Shown here: positions 1 to 10,208 of the stretch, piece after piece | Position numbering within the stretch: position 1 is the stretch's first letter | How the letters are laid out: every line of letters starts with the position of its first letter | Assembly: GCA_035306725.1 (NCBI GenBank) | Contig: DATGNN010000472.1 | Location: 1 to 51,282 of the forward strand | Length of the DNA: 51,282 nt | Direction: 5' to 3' | Origin: Chitinispirillaceae bacterium | Lineage (GTDB): Bacteria; Fibrobacterota; Chitinivibrionia; Chitinivibrionales; Chitinispirillaceae | The notes under the pieces: generated by a model | Told to the model about the DNA's origin: nothing | The model's database searches: none | Seen by the model: the letters and a program-made list of their open reading frames with translations, nothing else | Program-made: the position numbers and the translations under genes

Positions 1-698
1 ACTGAATTGGATTGTGTATATTTAAGAGTTATTTGAGCAAGTATCAGATCCCTCACTGCTTCATCAGGTATATTTTTCCCTGAAGTAACCCTGTCTTTAA
101 GTGTCTCTTCAGTAATCTCCACATCATTTCTTGCCTGTTCAAAACAGATACCAAAAATCTCCCTTTTTTCCGTTTTGGGCGGATTAAATGACGAATCCAT
201 CTGAATAACAACGTATTTTCCGTTTTTTTTCTCTTTCAGAATTTCTAAAGCATCCGGCTCATATCCCGGTGCAATAATACCATCCGAAACTTCACGCTTA
301 ATCAATCTTGCCGTTGCGCAATCAACAATATCACTGCACGCAGCCCAATCTCCAAATGAAGAAACCCGATCTGCACCCCGCGCCCGCGCATAAGCAATCG
401 CTAATGGAGAAAGTTCAATATCATCAACAAAGCATGTCTTCTTGATCTCTTTTGTCATTGGAACCGCAACTGCCGCGCCTGCAGGACTTACGTGCTTGAA
501 TGAAGCAGCCGCAGGAAGTCCAAGAGCATTTTTTAGTTCATTAACCAGTTGCCATGAATTTATCGCATCCAATAAATTTATGTAACCCGGACTGCCATTG
601 AGCACCATTAAAGGTAATTGTCCCGAAACTGAATAAATACGCGCATCGCCCTGATGTGGATTACATCCATATCTAAGTGGTAATTCATTTCTGTTCAC
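1..698 (-). CDS. purH: AICAR formyltransferase-type protein (PurH transformylase domain only), C-terminus cut by window edge
   Basis: The minus frame is open from the window edge to GTG at 698, with AGGAG at 710-706. Translation begins [26 protein letters not shown], which carries the LRYG.NPHQ signature of the PurH AICARFT domain. No IMP cyclohydrolase domain precedes it. It is absent from the ORF track because it runs off the window. Confidence 0.75.
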   Translation of the reverse strand, partial: MNRNELPLRYGCNPHQGDARIYSVSGQLPLMVLNGSPGYINLLDAINSWQLVNELKNALGLPAAASFKHVSPAGAAVAVPMTKEIKKTCFVDDIELSPLAIAYARARGADRVSSFGDWAACSDIVDCATARLIKREVSDGIIAPGYEPDALEILKEKKNGKYVVIQMDSSFNPPKTEKREIFGICFEQARNDVEITEETLKDRVTSGKNIPDEAVRDLILAQITLKYTQSNS

Positions 699-709
699 CA
701 ATGAACTCC

Positions 710-1990
710 TTATTTAAAATTTTCAAGTTGATCAAAATCCAAAGTGGCAAAATAATCATCAACAGTTTCACTTCTCCTTATTTGTACAATACTGCCATCC
801 TCCCTGAACAGCAGTTCAGCAGACCGTAATTTCCCATTATAGTTAAACCCCATTGCATGTCCATGTGCTCCGGTATCATGTATCACAAGAATATCCCCAG
901 GCTCAATTTCCGGAAGCATTCGATCGATTGCAAATTTATCATTGTTTTCACATAACGATCCGGTTACATCATACTTATGATCACACAACATGTTCTCTTT
1001 TCCAGAAACTGTAATGTGATGATATGCACCATAAAGAGCCGGCCGCATGAGATTTGCCATATTTGCATCAAGTCCGACATACGTTTTGTATGTTTTTTTG
1101 ACATGTAATACGCGGCTCACCAGGTATCCAAACGGTCCGGTTATCATTCTTCCGCTCTCCATATAAATTTTAGGCAGCGTTAAACCTGAATTCACTAAAT
1201 ATTTTTCATACTCTGCTTTTATCCCATTTGAAATTTCTTTGATATCCAGTTTCTTCTGGTCCGGATGATACGGGATACCAAAACCACCCCCCAAATTGAC
1301 AAACTCAAACGAGATATCAAGTTCTTTTGACAATTTAACAACCAGTTCAAAAAGCATTGAAGCTGTTTGAACAAAATATTCGGGGTTCAGCTCATTTGAA
1401 GCAACCATTGTGTGTAATCCAAATCTTTTTACCCCTTTTTCCCTTAAAATTCTGTAACCTTCAAACAGTTGATCCCTGGTAAATCCATATTTAGCTTCCT
1501 GGGGTTCACCAATTATGGCATTTCCAGATCTTAATGGACCAGGATTATATCTTGCACAAATCAGCTCTGGTATTGTTCCGATATGGTTTTCCAGATACGG
1601 GATATGACTTATATCATCAAGATTAATTATCGCTCCCAGCTCAAAAGCTTTTTTGAATTCCCCGGAAGGTGTGTCATTTGATGTAAACATAATGTTTTCA
1701 CCGGATATGCCGCATTTGTCGGCCAGAAGAAGCTCAGGAAGAGAGCTGCAGTCAGCTCCAAAACCCTCCTGTTTCAGTATTTTCATTAAATACGGATTTG
1801 GAGCAGCTTTAACTGCAAAATACTCTTTAAAACCATCAACCCAGGAAAAAGCATCTATAAGATTACGTGCGTTTTCCCTTATTCCACGCTCATCATAAAT
1901 ATGAAACGGCGTTGGATATTTCCTGATAATTTGATCAATTTTCGATGAAAAGGGACCTTTCTTCTTTTCGGACATTATCATTCCTTCCAT
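710..1990 (-). CDS. PLP-dependent decarboxylase, diaminopimelate decarboxylase (LysA) family; substrate not decidable
   Basis: 426-aa ORF with fold-type III Orn/DAP/Arg decarboxylase signatures: FAVKAAPNP (PLP-lysine region), [13 protein letters not shown] and [11 protein letters not shown] more likely start is the ATG at 1975, with GGAAGGA 6 nt upstream. Its stop overlaps the RBS of the purH-like gene. Confidence 0.75.
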   Translation of the reverse strand: MEGMIMSEKKKGPFSSKIDQIIRKYPTPFHIYDERGIRENARNLIDAFSWVDGFKEYFAVKAAPNPYLMKILKQEGFGADCSSLPELLLADKCGISGENIMFTSNDTPSGEFKKAFELGAIINLDDISHIPYLENHIGTIPELICARYNPGPLRSGNAIIGEPQEAKYGFTRDQLFEGYRILREKGVKRFGLHTMVASNELNPEYFVQTASMLFELVVKLSKELDISFEFVNLGGGFGIPYHPDQKKLDIKEISNGIKAEYEKYLVNSGLTLPKIYMESGRMITGPFGYLVSRVLHVKKTYKTYVGLDANMANLMRPALYGAYHHITVSGKENMLCDHKYDVTGSLCENNDKFAIDRMLPEIEPGDILVIHDTGAHGHAMGFNYNGKLRSAELLFREDGSIVQIRRSETVDDYFATLDFDQLENFK

Positions 1991-2405
1991 TTATAAAATC
2001 ATTATAAAGAGTTTGAAAATACGATTTTTCAATACTGTTGTCACCCACCTTTTAACAGGAACAGATTAAATAGAATTTTCAAAACCAGATATTATTCCTG
2101 AAAAAGAATCGAATTTTAAAGTATTCTCTGTTTAAAACAGCCTTGTTTCTGGCCAGAAGCCACCAGATTCACGCTGCCGTTCTGTTCAAACCTTTTTATT
2201 AGCAATTTCAACATAATCCAGAACTTCTTAATTAAAAAACTGTTGGAAAAAAATTGGATTTTCTTCCGGTATCAGCATATCGTACTTCGTTTTTTTTAAA
2301 TGTGTCAAACAAGGTTTGAGTGTATTTTTTAGACGAGTATGATTAAACCTAAAAGCACAATCGTACTTCATCGGGTAAGGTCAAGATACACCGACATGAA
2401 GGGAT

Positions 2406-2924
2406 TCAGAAATTCATTTTCAAGCAGAAACGTTCTCTTAATTCCAGAAGTACCTCAGCATCAGCCAGTACATCATGAAGCGGATTATGATCATGAGGTT
2501 TTTTTCTAAGGTGATTAAAATTACTATACATATTATGTTCCAATCCCATATAAAGGGAAAGCAGATTTGATGAGCTGAATCCAAATGGATTTCTGCCTGT
2601 GAAATGGTAAAAATACCAGTTCACGAATTGCCAGTCAAAACCATTGTTATCTGATAGAAAAAACAGATTTTCACCTCCCTTTTCATGAAGCCATCTCTCA
2701 AACCTCCTCATCACATCGCCAGAATCATCAAACCCAAGTGTTTCTTCCCTGGTAAAACCACATATTTTAAGTGCATCTGGATCCCATTTACAGGAAACCG
2801 GTCTTAAACGGGCATAAAACTTCTTTGAAAGTGACGGTTCAATAATAACAGCACCAAGAGCAATCATTGAAAAATCTGCAGGCACCGGTCCATCAGCTTC
2901 AACATCCACCATTACCCAGCACAT
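2406..2924 (-). CDS. DEDDh (DnaQ-like) 3'-5' exonuclease domain protein
   Basis: Track ORF 2406..2981 trimmed to the ATG at 2924, which overlaps the upstream TAA (TAATG). The three exonuclease motifs are present: VDVEADG (Exo I), SDNNGFDWQF (Exo II) and HDVLAD (Exo III, H-x4-D). Confidence 0.6.
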   Translation of the reverse strand: MCWVMVDVEADGPVPADFSMIALGAVIIEPSLSKKFYARLRPVSCKWDPDALKICGFTREETLGFDDSGDVMRRFERWLHEKGGENLFFLSDNNGFDWQFVNWYFYHFTGRNPFGFSSSNLLSLYMGLEHNMYSNFNHLRKKPHDHNPLHDVLADAEVLLELRERFCLKMNF

Positions 2925-3304
2925 TAACCACCCCCTATGGCTTTTGAAGCTAACCAGCTTATAATTGTAATCAGAAGCCAACCCATAATTGCAGCTCCAA
3001 AACTTCCAACATGAAACCCTGGAAGAATCCAGGCTACCAATGCCAGCATGGCAGCATTAATAACCAGTAAAAACAAACCAAGTGTAATTAAAGTAACTGG
3101 CAAAGTAAGAATTACAATAAGCGGACGTATAAATGCATTTACCAGTCCAAGCAGAAATGCTGCGATGAACAAGTTAAACCAATTATCAACAACGATTCCA
3201 GGAATTATTGATGCAGCCACTCCAAGGCTCAATGCTGAAATGACCAGTCTTTTGAAAAATTCCAAAAAGGCTCTCCATACAAGACTGATTAATCTTTTAC
3301 CCAC
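2924..3304 (-). CDS. DUF360 / phage-holin-family-IV-like small membrane protein
   Basis: 126 aa with four hydrophobic segments. FIRPLIVILTLPVTLITLGLFLLVINAAMLAL is typical of the DUF360 family. It is translationally coupled to the downstream exonuclease. Confidence 0.7.
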   Translation of the reverse strand: MGKRLISLVWRAFLEFFKRLVISALSLGVAASIIPGIVVDNWFNLFIAAFLLGLVNAFIRPLIVILTLPVTLITLGLFLLVINAAMLALVAWILPGFHVGSFGAAIMGWLLITIISWLASKAIGGG

Positions 3305-3573
3305 TTACTTAATGTTTCAATAATCTTTAAAGCCTGATCCTTACTGGAAATATTGAATTTTGCCTGTTGCCTGTATTCGTTATCCAGTTTCCTGTATCTT
3401 CTGATCGAAAAACGTTCGGGTCCATAGTCATTTTTAGCTCTTTCCCATTGCTGATACTTAAAAAGGATTGTAGACCATGATCCCTTTGATAAAATTTCCT
3501 TATCAAGTTCTTTAACAACCAGAACACCATCTTCTTCATAGTTAATAGTTACTTCTTCAATATTAGATGCCAT
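3289..3573 (-). CDS. hypothetical small protein (94 aa)
   Basis: ORF with AAAGGA upstream of the ATG. It overlaps the next gene by 16 nt, so it is the first gene of a three-gene overlapping operon. I recognise no family. Confidence 0.5.
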   Translation of the reverse strand: MASNIEEVTINYEEDGVLVVKELDKEILSKGSWSTILFKYQQWERAKNDYGPERFSIRRYRKLDNEYRQQAKFNISSKDQALKIIETLSKWVKD

Positions 3574-4115
3574 AAAAAGATCCTTTTAAAACGGTAAATA
3601 TATTTATATACGACCTGACCGGACGATTAATTTACTACTTGCGTCTGTCATCAGTTATTTCTGTCCGAAACTCATCTGCAATGAGAATACTGTTTTCAGA
3701 GTACCTTTTTGACTGTGATTTTCAAACAGATACCATGATCTTGCCTTAACTTAACTCGCGTTTTTACATGCGAAATTCCCCAACACATAATGCAAGAGTA
3801 ACCTCACTGTGCTAAAATTAATGATTATCCTGATTAGAATCAATCGTTACAGGAATAATTTTGCTTTTTTTCATTATTTCAAGGTAGATCAGCAGCTTCC
3901 TGTTTTTTTACATTTGCACGAAGCCATAAACAAAGCATCTTTTGGTGTTATGATCAATAAACGACTAAGACGACATGTTCCCCCTCCTTTTTTCATCCGT
4001 TAATCGCAATTCCAGTGCCAGATTCTTTTAGAATGGCATACAATTTGAAATTTTAACATAACAGGACTTGTCAGTATGATCCGGTAATCTTAACACTTTA
4101 TTAACAGGTTTAGAT

Positions 4116-4144
4116 TTGACAAGAGTAGTCTTTGGCCCTTAAAT
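4116..4144 (+). promoter_or_regulatory. sigma70-like promoter candidate for htrA
   Basis: TTGACA (4116-4121), a 17-nt spacer, then TTAAAT (4139-4144), about 110 nt upstream of the htrA start. Confidence 0.35.
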
Positions 4145-4252
4145 CTGTCAGTAATAAGGATATCCCTATGATACAGCAATAAGGTCAAATCATGATAATT
4201 TATTCACTACCGGACACTTTTGTGAGCATGCAAATTCTAAAAGGAGAAACAG

Positions 4253-5806
4253 GTGCACATCCAATTTAGTTTTTTTCCATTTGCCTTATCGTATATCATC
4301 ATAATTACACTGGTTAATACTCCTGATTGCAGACAGGCCAAATCACCTCAGCAGCGCGAATCATTGACCTTTGGTGCTGCACAAAGACCTGTAAAGAATA
4401 ATCTCGATATCATTGAAGGTTTTAAAAATATCTTTGTTGAAGTAGCAAATACAGTTACTCCTTCTGTCGTGGCTGTCATTCCGGTTAAAGTTGACACGAC
4501 GTCACAAAATCCTTACCAGTTTTACGATAACAATAATTCTCCTTTTGATTATAATCCTTATTCAGACAATAACCAGAAACCGGATCAGAATCAAAATGAA
4601 AAACGCAGTGAAGTGCTTGGTTCGGGGGTTATTGTATCCAGTGATGGATATATATTAACAAACAACCACGTTATTGAGGGTGCAACCGAAATAACCGTCC
4701 AATTATGGAATGGTAATATTTATGACGCCTCACTTGTTGGTACAGATTCACTTAGTGATGTAGCTGTAATAAAAATGGAAGGTGAATTTTCAAATCTTCC
4801 GGCAGCATATCTGGGAAATTCAGACAGCCTGAAACGAGGTGACTGGGTTGCTGCAATTGGTAACCCTTTTAACTTCCTTTCCTCAGTAACTCAGGGGATT
4901 GTCAGTGCTCTTGAAAGACAGGTTGCTGATATTGTAATGTATCAGAATTTCATTCAAACTGATGCTGCAATTAATCCAGGAAATAGTGGTGGTGCCCTGG
5001 TCAATATCTATGGTGAAGTAGTCGGAATCAATACCATGATTTATTCACAAACCGGTGGCTTTATGGGAATTGGATTTGCCATTCCAATAAATATGGCCAA
5101 AAGAGTCATGGAAGACCTTATTTATGAAGGCAGGGTTTGCCGCGGCTGGATCGGTATATCAATTCAAGACCTTACACCTGTTGCCAGAAAAGCTCTGGAT
5201 CTAAAAACAACTGATGGTGTACTGGTTTGTGATGTATTTCAAAATGAACCCGCAGACAATGCGGGCATTAAAAGAGGTGATGTAATAGTTGAAATCAATG
5301 GACAAAAAATTGAAACAGGAAATGACCTCAAAAATAGAGTAGCCCTGCTCCGACCAGATTCATTAATACAAGTAACCTTTCTCAGAGAAGGGAAATTCTG
5401 TAAAACAATCGTAAAAGTACTTGAACGCAGTAATAATCTTATACCAGAACAAAAATTTAAACAAACGCCAGCGTTCTCAGATGCAGATAATATCACCGGA
5501 ATCAGTGTTTCTGATCTGAACACTGAAATCAGAAAAAAATACAATATTCTTTCCGGCACAAAAGGAGTGATAGTAACTGCAATTGATGCATCAATTACAG
5601 ATGAAAGAGCTGCAATTCTTCCAGGAGATGTCATAATTTCAGTGAAAATTAAGAATAAAAAAACAAGATCAATAACCAGTCTTAAAGATTTTTTTAAATT
5701 CACCAAAGAACTTGGAAATTTTATACCGGTACTGATGTTGATACAAAGAGGTAATTGTACATTCTTTATACCATTTGAAATCAAAAACCAGAATTCTGAA
5801 AAATAA
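4253..5806 (+). CDS. htrA: HtrA/DegP-family periplasmic serine protease with two PDZ domains
   Basis: GTG start with AGGAG upstream and a hydrophobic N-terminus. The catalytic triad context is present: TNNHVIEGA (His), DVAVIK (Asp) and GNSGGALVN (Ser). Two PDZ-like regions lie in the C-terminal half. Confidence 0.9.
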   Translation: MHIQFSFFPFALSYIIIITLVNTPDCRQAKSPQQRESLTFGAAQRPVKNNLDIIEGFKNIFVEVANTVTPSVVAVIPVKVDTTSQNPYQFYDNNNSPFDYNPYSDNNQKPDQNQNEKRSEVLGSGVIVSSDGYILTNNHVIEGATEITVQLWNGNIYDASLVGTDSLSDVAVIKMEGEFSNLPAAYLGNSDSLKRGDWVAAIGNPFNFLSSVTQGIVSALERQVADIVMYQNFIQTDAAINPGNSGGALVNIYGEVVGINTMIYSQTGGFMGIGFAIPINMAKRVMEDLIYEGRVCRGWIGISIQDLTPVARKALDLKTTDGVLVCDVFQNEPADNAGIKRGDVIVEINGQKIETGNDLKNRVALLRPDSLIQVTFLREGKFCKTIVKVLERSNNLIPEQKFKQTPAFSDADNITGISVSDLNTEIRKKYNILSGTKGVIVTAIDASITDERAAILPGDVIISVKIKNKKTRSITSLKDFFKFTKELGNFIPVLMLIQRGNCTFFIPFEIKNQNSEK

Positions 5807-6016
5807 AAACTTCCAGCCGATGAAGACTTCACCATCAGGCATCAAGAACACATTTCAACATATTATCAAGCTTAAATCAAAATCCTTTACCAGAAAATAT
5901 TGAGTGGTGATGTTAGTTAGTTTGGTAAAGAACTTATTTTTAGATATACACAATTCGATAGAAGCTATAAGCGTAATTTTTATGGAAAAAGAAAACATTG
6001 TGATCATTTTAAACAA

Positions 6017-6045
6017 GGACTGTAATCGACAAACAGTCCCCTTTT
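6017..6045 (+). terminator. intrinsic terminator-like hairpin downstream of htrA
   Basis: Stem GGACTGT (6017-6023) pairs with ACAGTCC (6033-6039) across a 9-nt loop, followed by CCTTTT. Confidence 0.5.
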
Positions 6046-6066
6046 AACTTGACCAGGGAGGGTTTT

Positions 6067-6291
6067 ATGTATCACTCAAAAGACAGGACAACCGGACCGG
6101 TTGATCTCAATAGTGCAGATTTCAATTCATTGGAAAAATTACCAATGGTTGGTGATAAACGGGCACAATTTATAATTGACCACCGCCCATATCAAGACTG
6201 GAATGATTTGAAATCTAAAATTCCGGGTATCTCTGATGGAATGATAGAGGATTTGAGAAAAAGCAATGCAACTATCGGAGGTAAAAAATAG
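6067..6291 (+). CDS. helix-hairpin-helix (ComEA-like) DNA-binding domain protein
   Basis: Start moved to the ATG at 6067, with GGGAGGG 5 nt upstream. VDLNSADFNSLEKLPMVGDKRAQFIIDHR is a classic HhH motif. Confidence 0.6.
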   Translation: MYHSKDRTTGPVDLNSADFNSLEKLPMVGDKRAQFIIDHRPYQDWNDLKSKIPGISDGMIEDLRKSNATIGGKK

Positions 6292-6293
6292 AA

Positions 6294-6318
6294 ACAGAGG
6301 GGATAAATTCCCCTCTGT
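6294..6318. terminator. bidirectional terminator hairpin between convergent genes
   Basis: ACAGAGGGG (6294-6302) pairs with CCCCTCTGT (6310-6318), a 9-bp GC-rich stem. It sits between the stop of the HhH gene and the stop of the radical SAM gene. Confidence 0.55.
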
Positions 6319-7751
6319 TATAGGCGATATTTCTCTTCCCAAATTGGATCAAGCAATCGGGATAACTCTAAATCATATTCTTTCATGGCATTAAGATAAC
6401 TACAATCATTAAGACAGATTTCTGCACTTTGATTTCCGGGTAACGCACCAGTTTCAACAAAAAGATTATGTGCCTGCTCGTGATGATCACGCATGAAACA
6501 TGGCCTTATCTCATTTCCTCTTATTTCGGGCGGTTTTCTGAAACTGTATGATAATTGCCATTCTCTTATACCCCTGAAAAGATCAGAAAAAAGTGCATCC
6601 GTAAGAGACCGCTGCTCTGATAAAAGTTTGCCAACATTATCTTTCCAATAAGGCACAAAAACACACGGATAAACATTCCCCTTCCAGTCTATATATAGAT
6701 AACCATCTTCTCTACCACCGGCAATACAACCAGATGATAGAGAACCGCTGTTCCAGAAGTCTGCTACAACAAGTCTCTTTTGTCTTATAAATTCCTGTTC
6801 ACGAAACCAGATTTCACGGCGTTTTTCCGGAGAAAGTTGTCCTGCAACATCTGCCCCCCTGCCAATAGGCATATATTGAAAAATCCACTCAAAAACAGCA
6901 CCCTGTTTATCAAAATAGAAATCAATAAATTCATCTGAAAAAAGGACATCCACATTATTATTATTAGCTGTTATCGAAATACCAAACGGTACTCCCTCTT
7001 GTCTCATATTTTCAAACGCATCAAGAATCCTCCTGTAAGTCCCTTCACCACGCCTGTTATCAGTCTCATTTTTGAAACCTTCCACAGAAACGGCTGGTAA
7101 TAGATTTCCCACTGATGCAATTCTTTGCGCCCGCACCTTATCTATCAGAGTACCATTTGTATATACCATAAAAATTTGCTCCGGATGCTGAGCCGCAATA
7201 TCAATAAGATCAATTCCATTATCCTGCCACATAAACGGTTCACCACCTGAAATAACTGTAAACCAACTGCCCCATTTTTCATATTTTTCATGAAGTATTC
7301 TGGTAAATGTTGTGCTGTCCATTTTTTCAAGGTTAGAACCAATACTTGACGCATAGCAATTTTTGCATTTAAGATTACATCTGCCTTCCGGTGATATGGT
7401 TATAAATCCAGGAGGATATACGCCATATTTTTCTTTGAATTCCTGTTTGACAGATTGCTGAGTGGGACCAAGAAACTCTTTAATGAAAATACCTGTTATT
7501 CTCTTGCGAAATGCTGGAGATGAGCTATCATACGCTTTAAATGCAGCACGCAAAACATTAAATACCATATAATACTTGTCTTCTCGCTGATAATAGCTGC
7601 CATTTTTTATGCGGTCCCCCTTCTCAATCATAATTTTGTAAGCAACTTTTTCAAGTGGGGGGAGTGCTATTTTCCATATACCTGCAATATTCCCCATTTT
7701 TATGGCTTGTTTGGCTAAAAACATCCTAAAAGAATCCATTTGAGTTTCCAT
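6318..7751 (-). CDS. radical SAM enzyme with about 115-aa N-terminal extension and C-terminal auxiliary-cluster cysteines (SPASM/twitch-like)
   Basis: GRCNLKCKNCYAS supplies the CX3CX2C motif (C125/C129/C132) and GGEPFMW is the SAM-binding motif. The C-terminal GCIAGG...IDWKGNVYPC plus C418, C446 and C450 could hold an auxiliary cluster. GGAGG RBS. Confidence 0.85.
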   Translation of the reverse strand: METQMDSFRMFLAKQAIKMGNIAGIWKIALPPLEKVAYKIMIEKGDRIKNGSYYQREDKYYMVFNVLRAAFKAYDSSSPAFRKRITGIFIKEFLGPTQQSVKQEFKEKYGVYPPGFITISPEGRCNLKCKNCYASSIGSNLEKMDSTTFTRILHEKYEKWGSWFTVISGGEPFMWQDNGIDLIDIAAQHPEQIFMVYTNGTLIDKVRAQRIASVGNLLPAVSVEGFKNETDNRRGEGTYRRILDAFENMRQEGVPFGISITANNNNVDVLFSDEFIDFYFDKQGAVFEWIFQYMPIGRGADVAGQLSPEKRREIWFREQEFIRQKRLVVADFWNSGSLSSGCIAGGREDGYLYIDWKGNVYPCVFVPYWKDNVGKLLSEQRSLTDALFSDLFRGIREWQLSYSFRKPPEIRGNEIRPCFMRDHHEQAHNLFVETGALPGNQSAEICLNDCSYLNAMKEYDLELSRLLDPIWEEKYRL

Positions 7752-7847
7752 GTGATATCCTCCACGACGTTTGTGTCTAATTGGTTTTGCTTATTGCAAG
7801 AACAATACCATAAAAACTGATAGGCAAGATTATTTTACATACAGAAA

Positions 7848-8198
7848 TTACAATTCTGAAAAAACAGGATGCGGGATATTTAATTTTTCACAAAGCATTT
7901 CAAATTGACTACGCAATTGAATAAAACGGGGGAGCTCCAAATCCTCCAGCTCTTTACCAATTTTTCCATTGGTTTCGTAGTATAGCTCTCTGATATAATT
8001 TTCCCTTACCTGTATCGCACTTTTTGATCGAATATGAAACCGTTTTTTTCCAATTAATACACTCTCTTTAACATGCATTAAAATTCTTCGGTCCCTTTCA
8101 CTGGAATATTGTTCTGGCCGTGCATTTAAAACCGGATCAAATATTTTCTGATCCACGAATTCCAATAAAAGTTCTCTTTTTTTCTTGTCATTTTCCAT
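7848..8198 (-). CDS. hypothetical protein (116 aa)
   Basis: Track ORF trimmed to the ATG at 8198, preceded by GGGAGG. No recognisable family. Confidence 0.5.
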   Translation of the reverse strand: MENDKKKRELLLEFVDQKIFDPVLNARPEQYSSERDRRILMHVKESVLIGKKRFHIRSKSAIQVRENYIRELYYETNGKIGKELEDLELPRFIQLRSQFEMLCEKLNIPHPVFSEL

Positions 8199-8413
8199 AT
8201 TACCTCCCTGAGTATACCAATTTATAAATCGGTATACTTTCCCCCTTGCTCTTCCTGACATTTAATATCATACAATACAGGTATTACTCATGCTGTTAGG
8301 AAATTGTACAGCAAAACATGTACTGATACTGAATTTGTTTTACCCATTAAGATTTAGAAGGCTGGATATTTAAATAATATTCAAGGAATGTTAGTTTTCA
8401 GATTAATATACTA

Positions 8414-8602
8414 TTATGATATCTTTATTGCTTCAACAGGACAACTTTCAGCAGCTTCTTTTGCCGATTCTTCTGAATCAGAAGGAACAGTATCTACTTT
8501 CACGTGTGCAAGGCCATCATCACCCATCTCAAATACCTCAGGACAAATTGTTGGACAAAGCTCACACCCAATACAAGTATTTGGATCAACAGATGCTTTC
8601 AT
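8414..8602 (-). CDS. small [4Fe-4S] ferredoxin
   Basis: 62 aa with CIGCELCPTICP plus a distal CP, the monocluster ferredoxin pattern. AGGAGG RBS. Confidence 0.85.
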   Translation of the reverse strand: MKASVDPNTCIGCELCPTICPEVFEMGDDGLAHVKVDTVPSDSEESAKEAAESCPVEAIKIS

Positions 8603-8915
8603 AAAATATCCTCCTGAATTTTATTTTACCCGATTTCATACTAAAGCAATATTTATTCCATGATCGAAAAAACTATGTAAAAAGATTTTCGTGCAGGAAA
8701 GCGAATGCTTATGCCTTCAGGTTTTAAATGAAGCAATTTTGAAGAAAAACTGTATACGAAAAATATAAAAAAAGCTACTTAAGCTATACTAAAATCCAAT
8801 ATTTGTATATCAACACTATTTAAATCCGGGTAAGCAATTTAAATTAATGATGTGGATTTACTTTAATTGCAGTATTTAAAAGTGAATACAAATACATGAT
8901 AAAAAGAAACGGGAG

Positions 8916-9083
8916 TTACGCGATCATGTCTATTAATTGTCCTTTACCGGTTTCTTCACCAACAGCCAGGTTTACATTTACCTGTATCAGCTTTTTTGCC
9001 ATATCAAGTGTTTCCTTATTCATATTTTGCATTACCTGATTTACTGCATCAATTGAAGCCGAGACTGCTGACACACTGTCCAT
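8916..9083 (-). CDS. YjfB-like putative motility peptide (55 aa)
   Basis: Start at the ATG at 9083, with GGAGG 5 nt upstream. MDSVSAVSASIDAVNQVMQNMNKETLDMAKKL resembles the YjfB family N-terminal pattern. This is a weak, short match. Confidence 0.4.
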   Translation of the reverse strand: MDSVSAVSASIDAVNQVMQNMNKETLDMAKKLIQVNVNLAVGEETGKGQLIDMIA

Positions 9084-9113
9084 AAATCCTCCAGTTTTCA
9101 ATGTATATGTTAT

Positions 9114-9971
9114 TTATCGGATGTTATATGTTGTTTCTTTAGACATTTTTTCAATTTCAGGATTTAAATCACTGATTTTGGGAATAACAACATCCGGCTT
9201 AAAAGGAGATTTACTGATTTCTTGAAGAGTTGCTTCACCCGACAAAACACATATAGTCATAATCCCGGCATTATACCCTAAAGCGATATCTGTGTAGAGT
9301 CTGTCGCCAATAACAGCTATTTTGTCTGCAGTAACACGAAACCTTGAACGTACCAGATTAATCATGGTTGTATGAGGTTTGCCAATAAATACGGGCTGCC
9401 TTCCAGTTGCATTTTCAAGAATATTGCAGATGGATCCACAATCCGGGATAAATCTGTTTTTATCGACAGGACATACCAAATCAGGATTAGTAGCAACAAA
9501 TCCGGTTGAATCACAGCTGAGAATATAACAGGCATCTTTCAATTTTTGGTAAGTAAGTTCAGTATCAAAACCCACTACAACATAGTCTATCTCTTTTTCA
9601 GGATCTTCTTCAATTCTTAAACCAAATGTCTTTAATTCGTTTTTTAAAGATGAAGTACCCATAACAAATAATCTTGCATTGCTTTGTTTTTCGCTTAAAT
9701 AGGCACCTGTAGCCTGTCCTGAAGTAAGTATATTTTTCTCTGTAACAGAAATACCAAGTTCGTTCAGTTTCTGAACATATTGACTGGCATTTCTGGATGA
9801 ATTGTTAGTAATAAATAAAAAGGGAATCCCAAACTTATTTAAACTATTAATAAAACCGTGAACACCTGGAATTAGCTTACCTTCAAGGTACACAGTGCCA
9901 TCCAGATCTATCAGAAACAATCTTATATCTGAAAGCTTTTTATAAGCATCATTTTTTGCTCGTTTATTCAT
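9114..9971 (-). CDS. HAD-IIA family hydrolase (NagD-like sugar phosphatase)
   Basis: HAD motifs are present: LIDLDGTVY (I), FITNNS (II), GKP (III) and GDRLYTDI (IV). The track ORF extends upstream to 10082, but the domain starts after the ATG at 9971. Confidence 0.8.
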   Translation of the reverse strand: MNKRAKNDAYKKLSDIRLFLIDLDGTVYLEGKLIPGVHGFINSLNKFGIPFLFITNNSSRNASQYVQKLNELGISVTEKNILTSGQATGAYLSEKQSNARLFVMGTSSLKNELKTFGLRIEEDPEKEIDYVVVGFDTELTYQKLKDACYILSCDSTGFVATNPDLVCPVDKNRFIPDCGSICNILENATGRQPVFIGKPHTTMINLVRSRFRVTADKIAVIGDRLYTDIALGYNAGIMTICVLSGEATLQEISKSPFKPDVVIPKISDLNPEIEKMSKETTYNIR

Positions 9972-10208
9972 TGTAGTATTCCATTTTTGACAGCAATCAG
10001 ATCTGTCATCAGGATAACAGATTCTCATTTTTGCAGATTTTATCTTTATGCGACAGTATAAACTACTTACCCTTATCTGCAAAGTAAAGAAAAAATCACC
10101 TGCCCAGCTGGAATATAGTTACTATTTCCACCTGCACATAAACATGCCTATAAAATAATCATAAATAAGACAATATACTACAATTAACTTCAGAAGCAGA
10201 GAGATTCG

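Noticed and set aside
5239-5851. 198-aa and 60-aa ORFs antisense to the 3' end of htrA
   Set aside because: They lie largely (5239-5835) or partly (5669-5851) within the confidently assigned protease gene on the opposite strand, and have no independent support.
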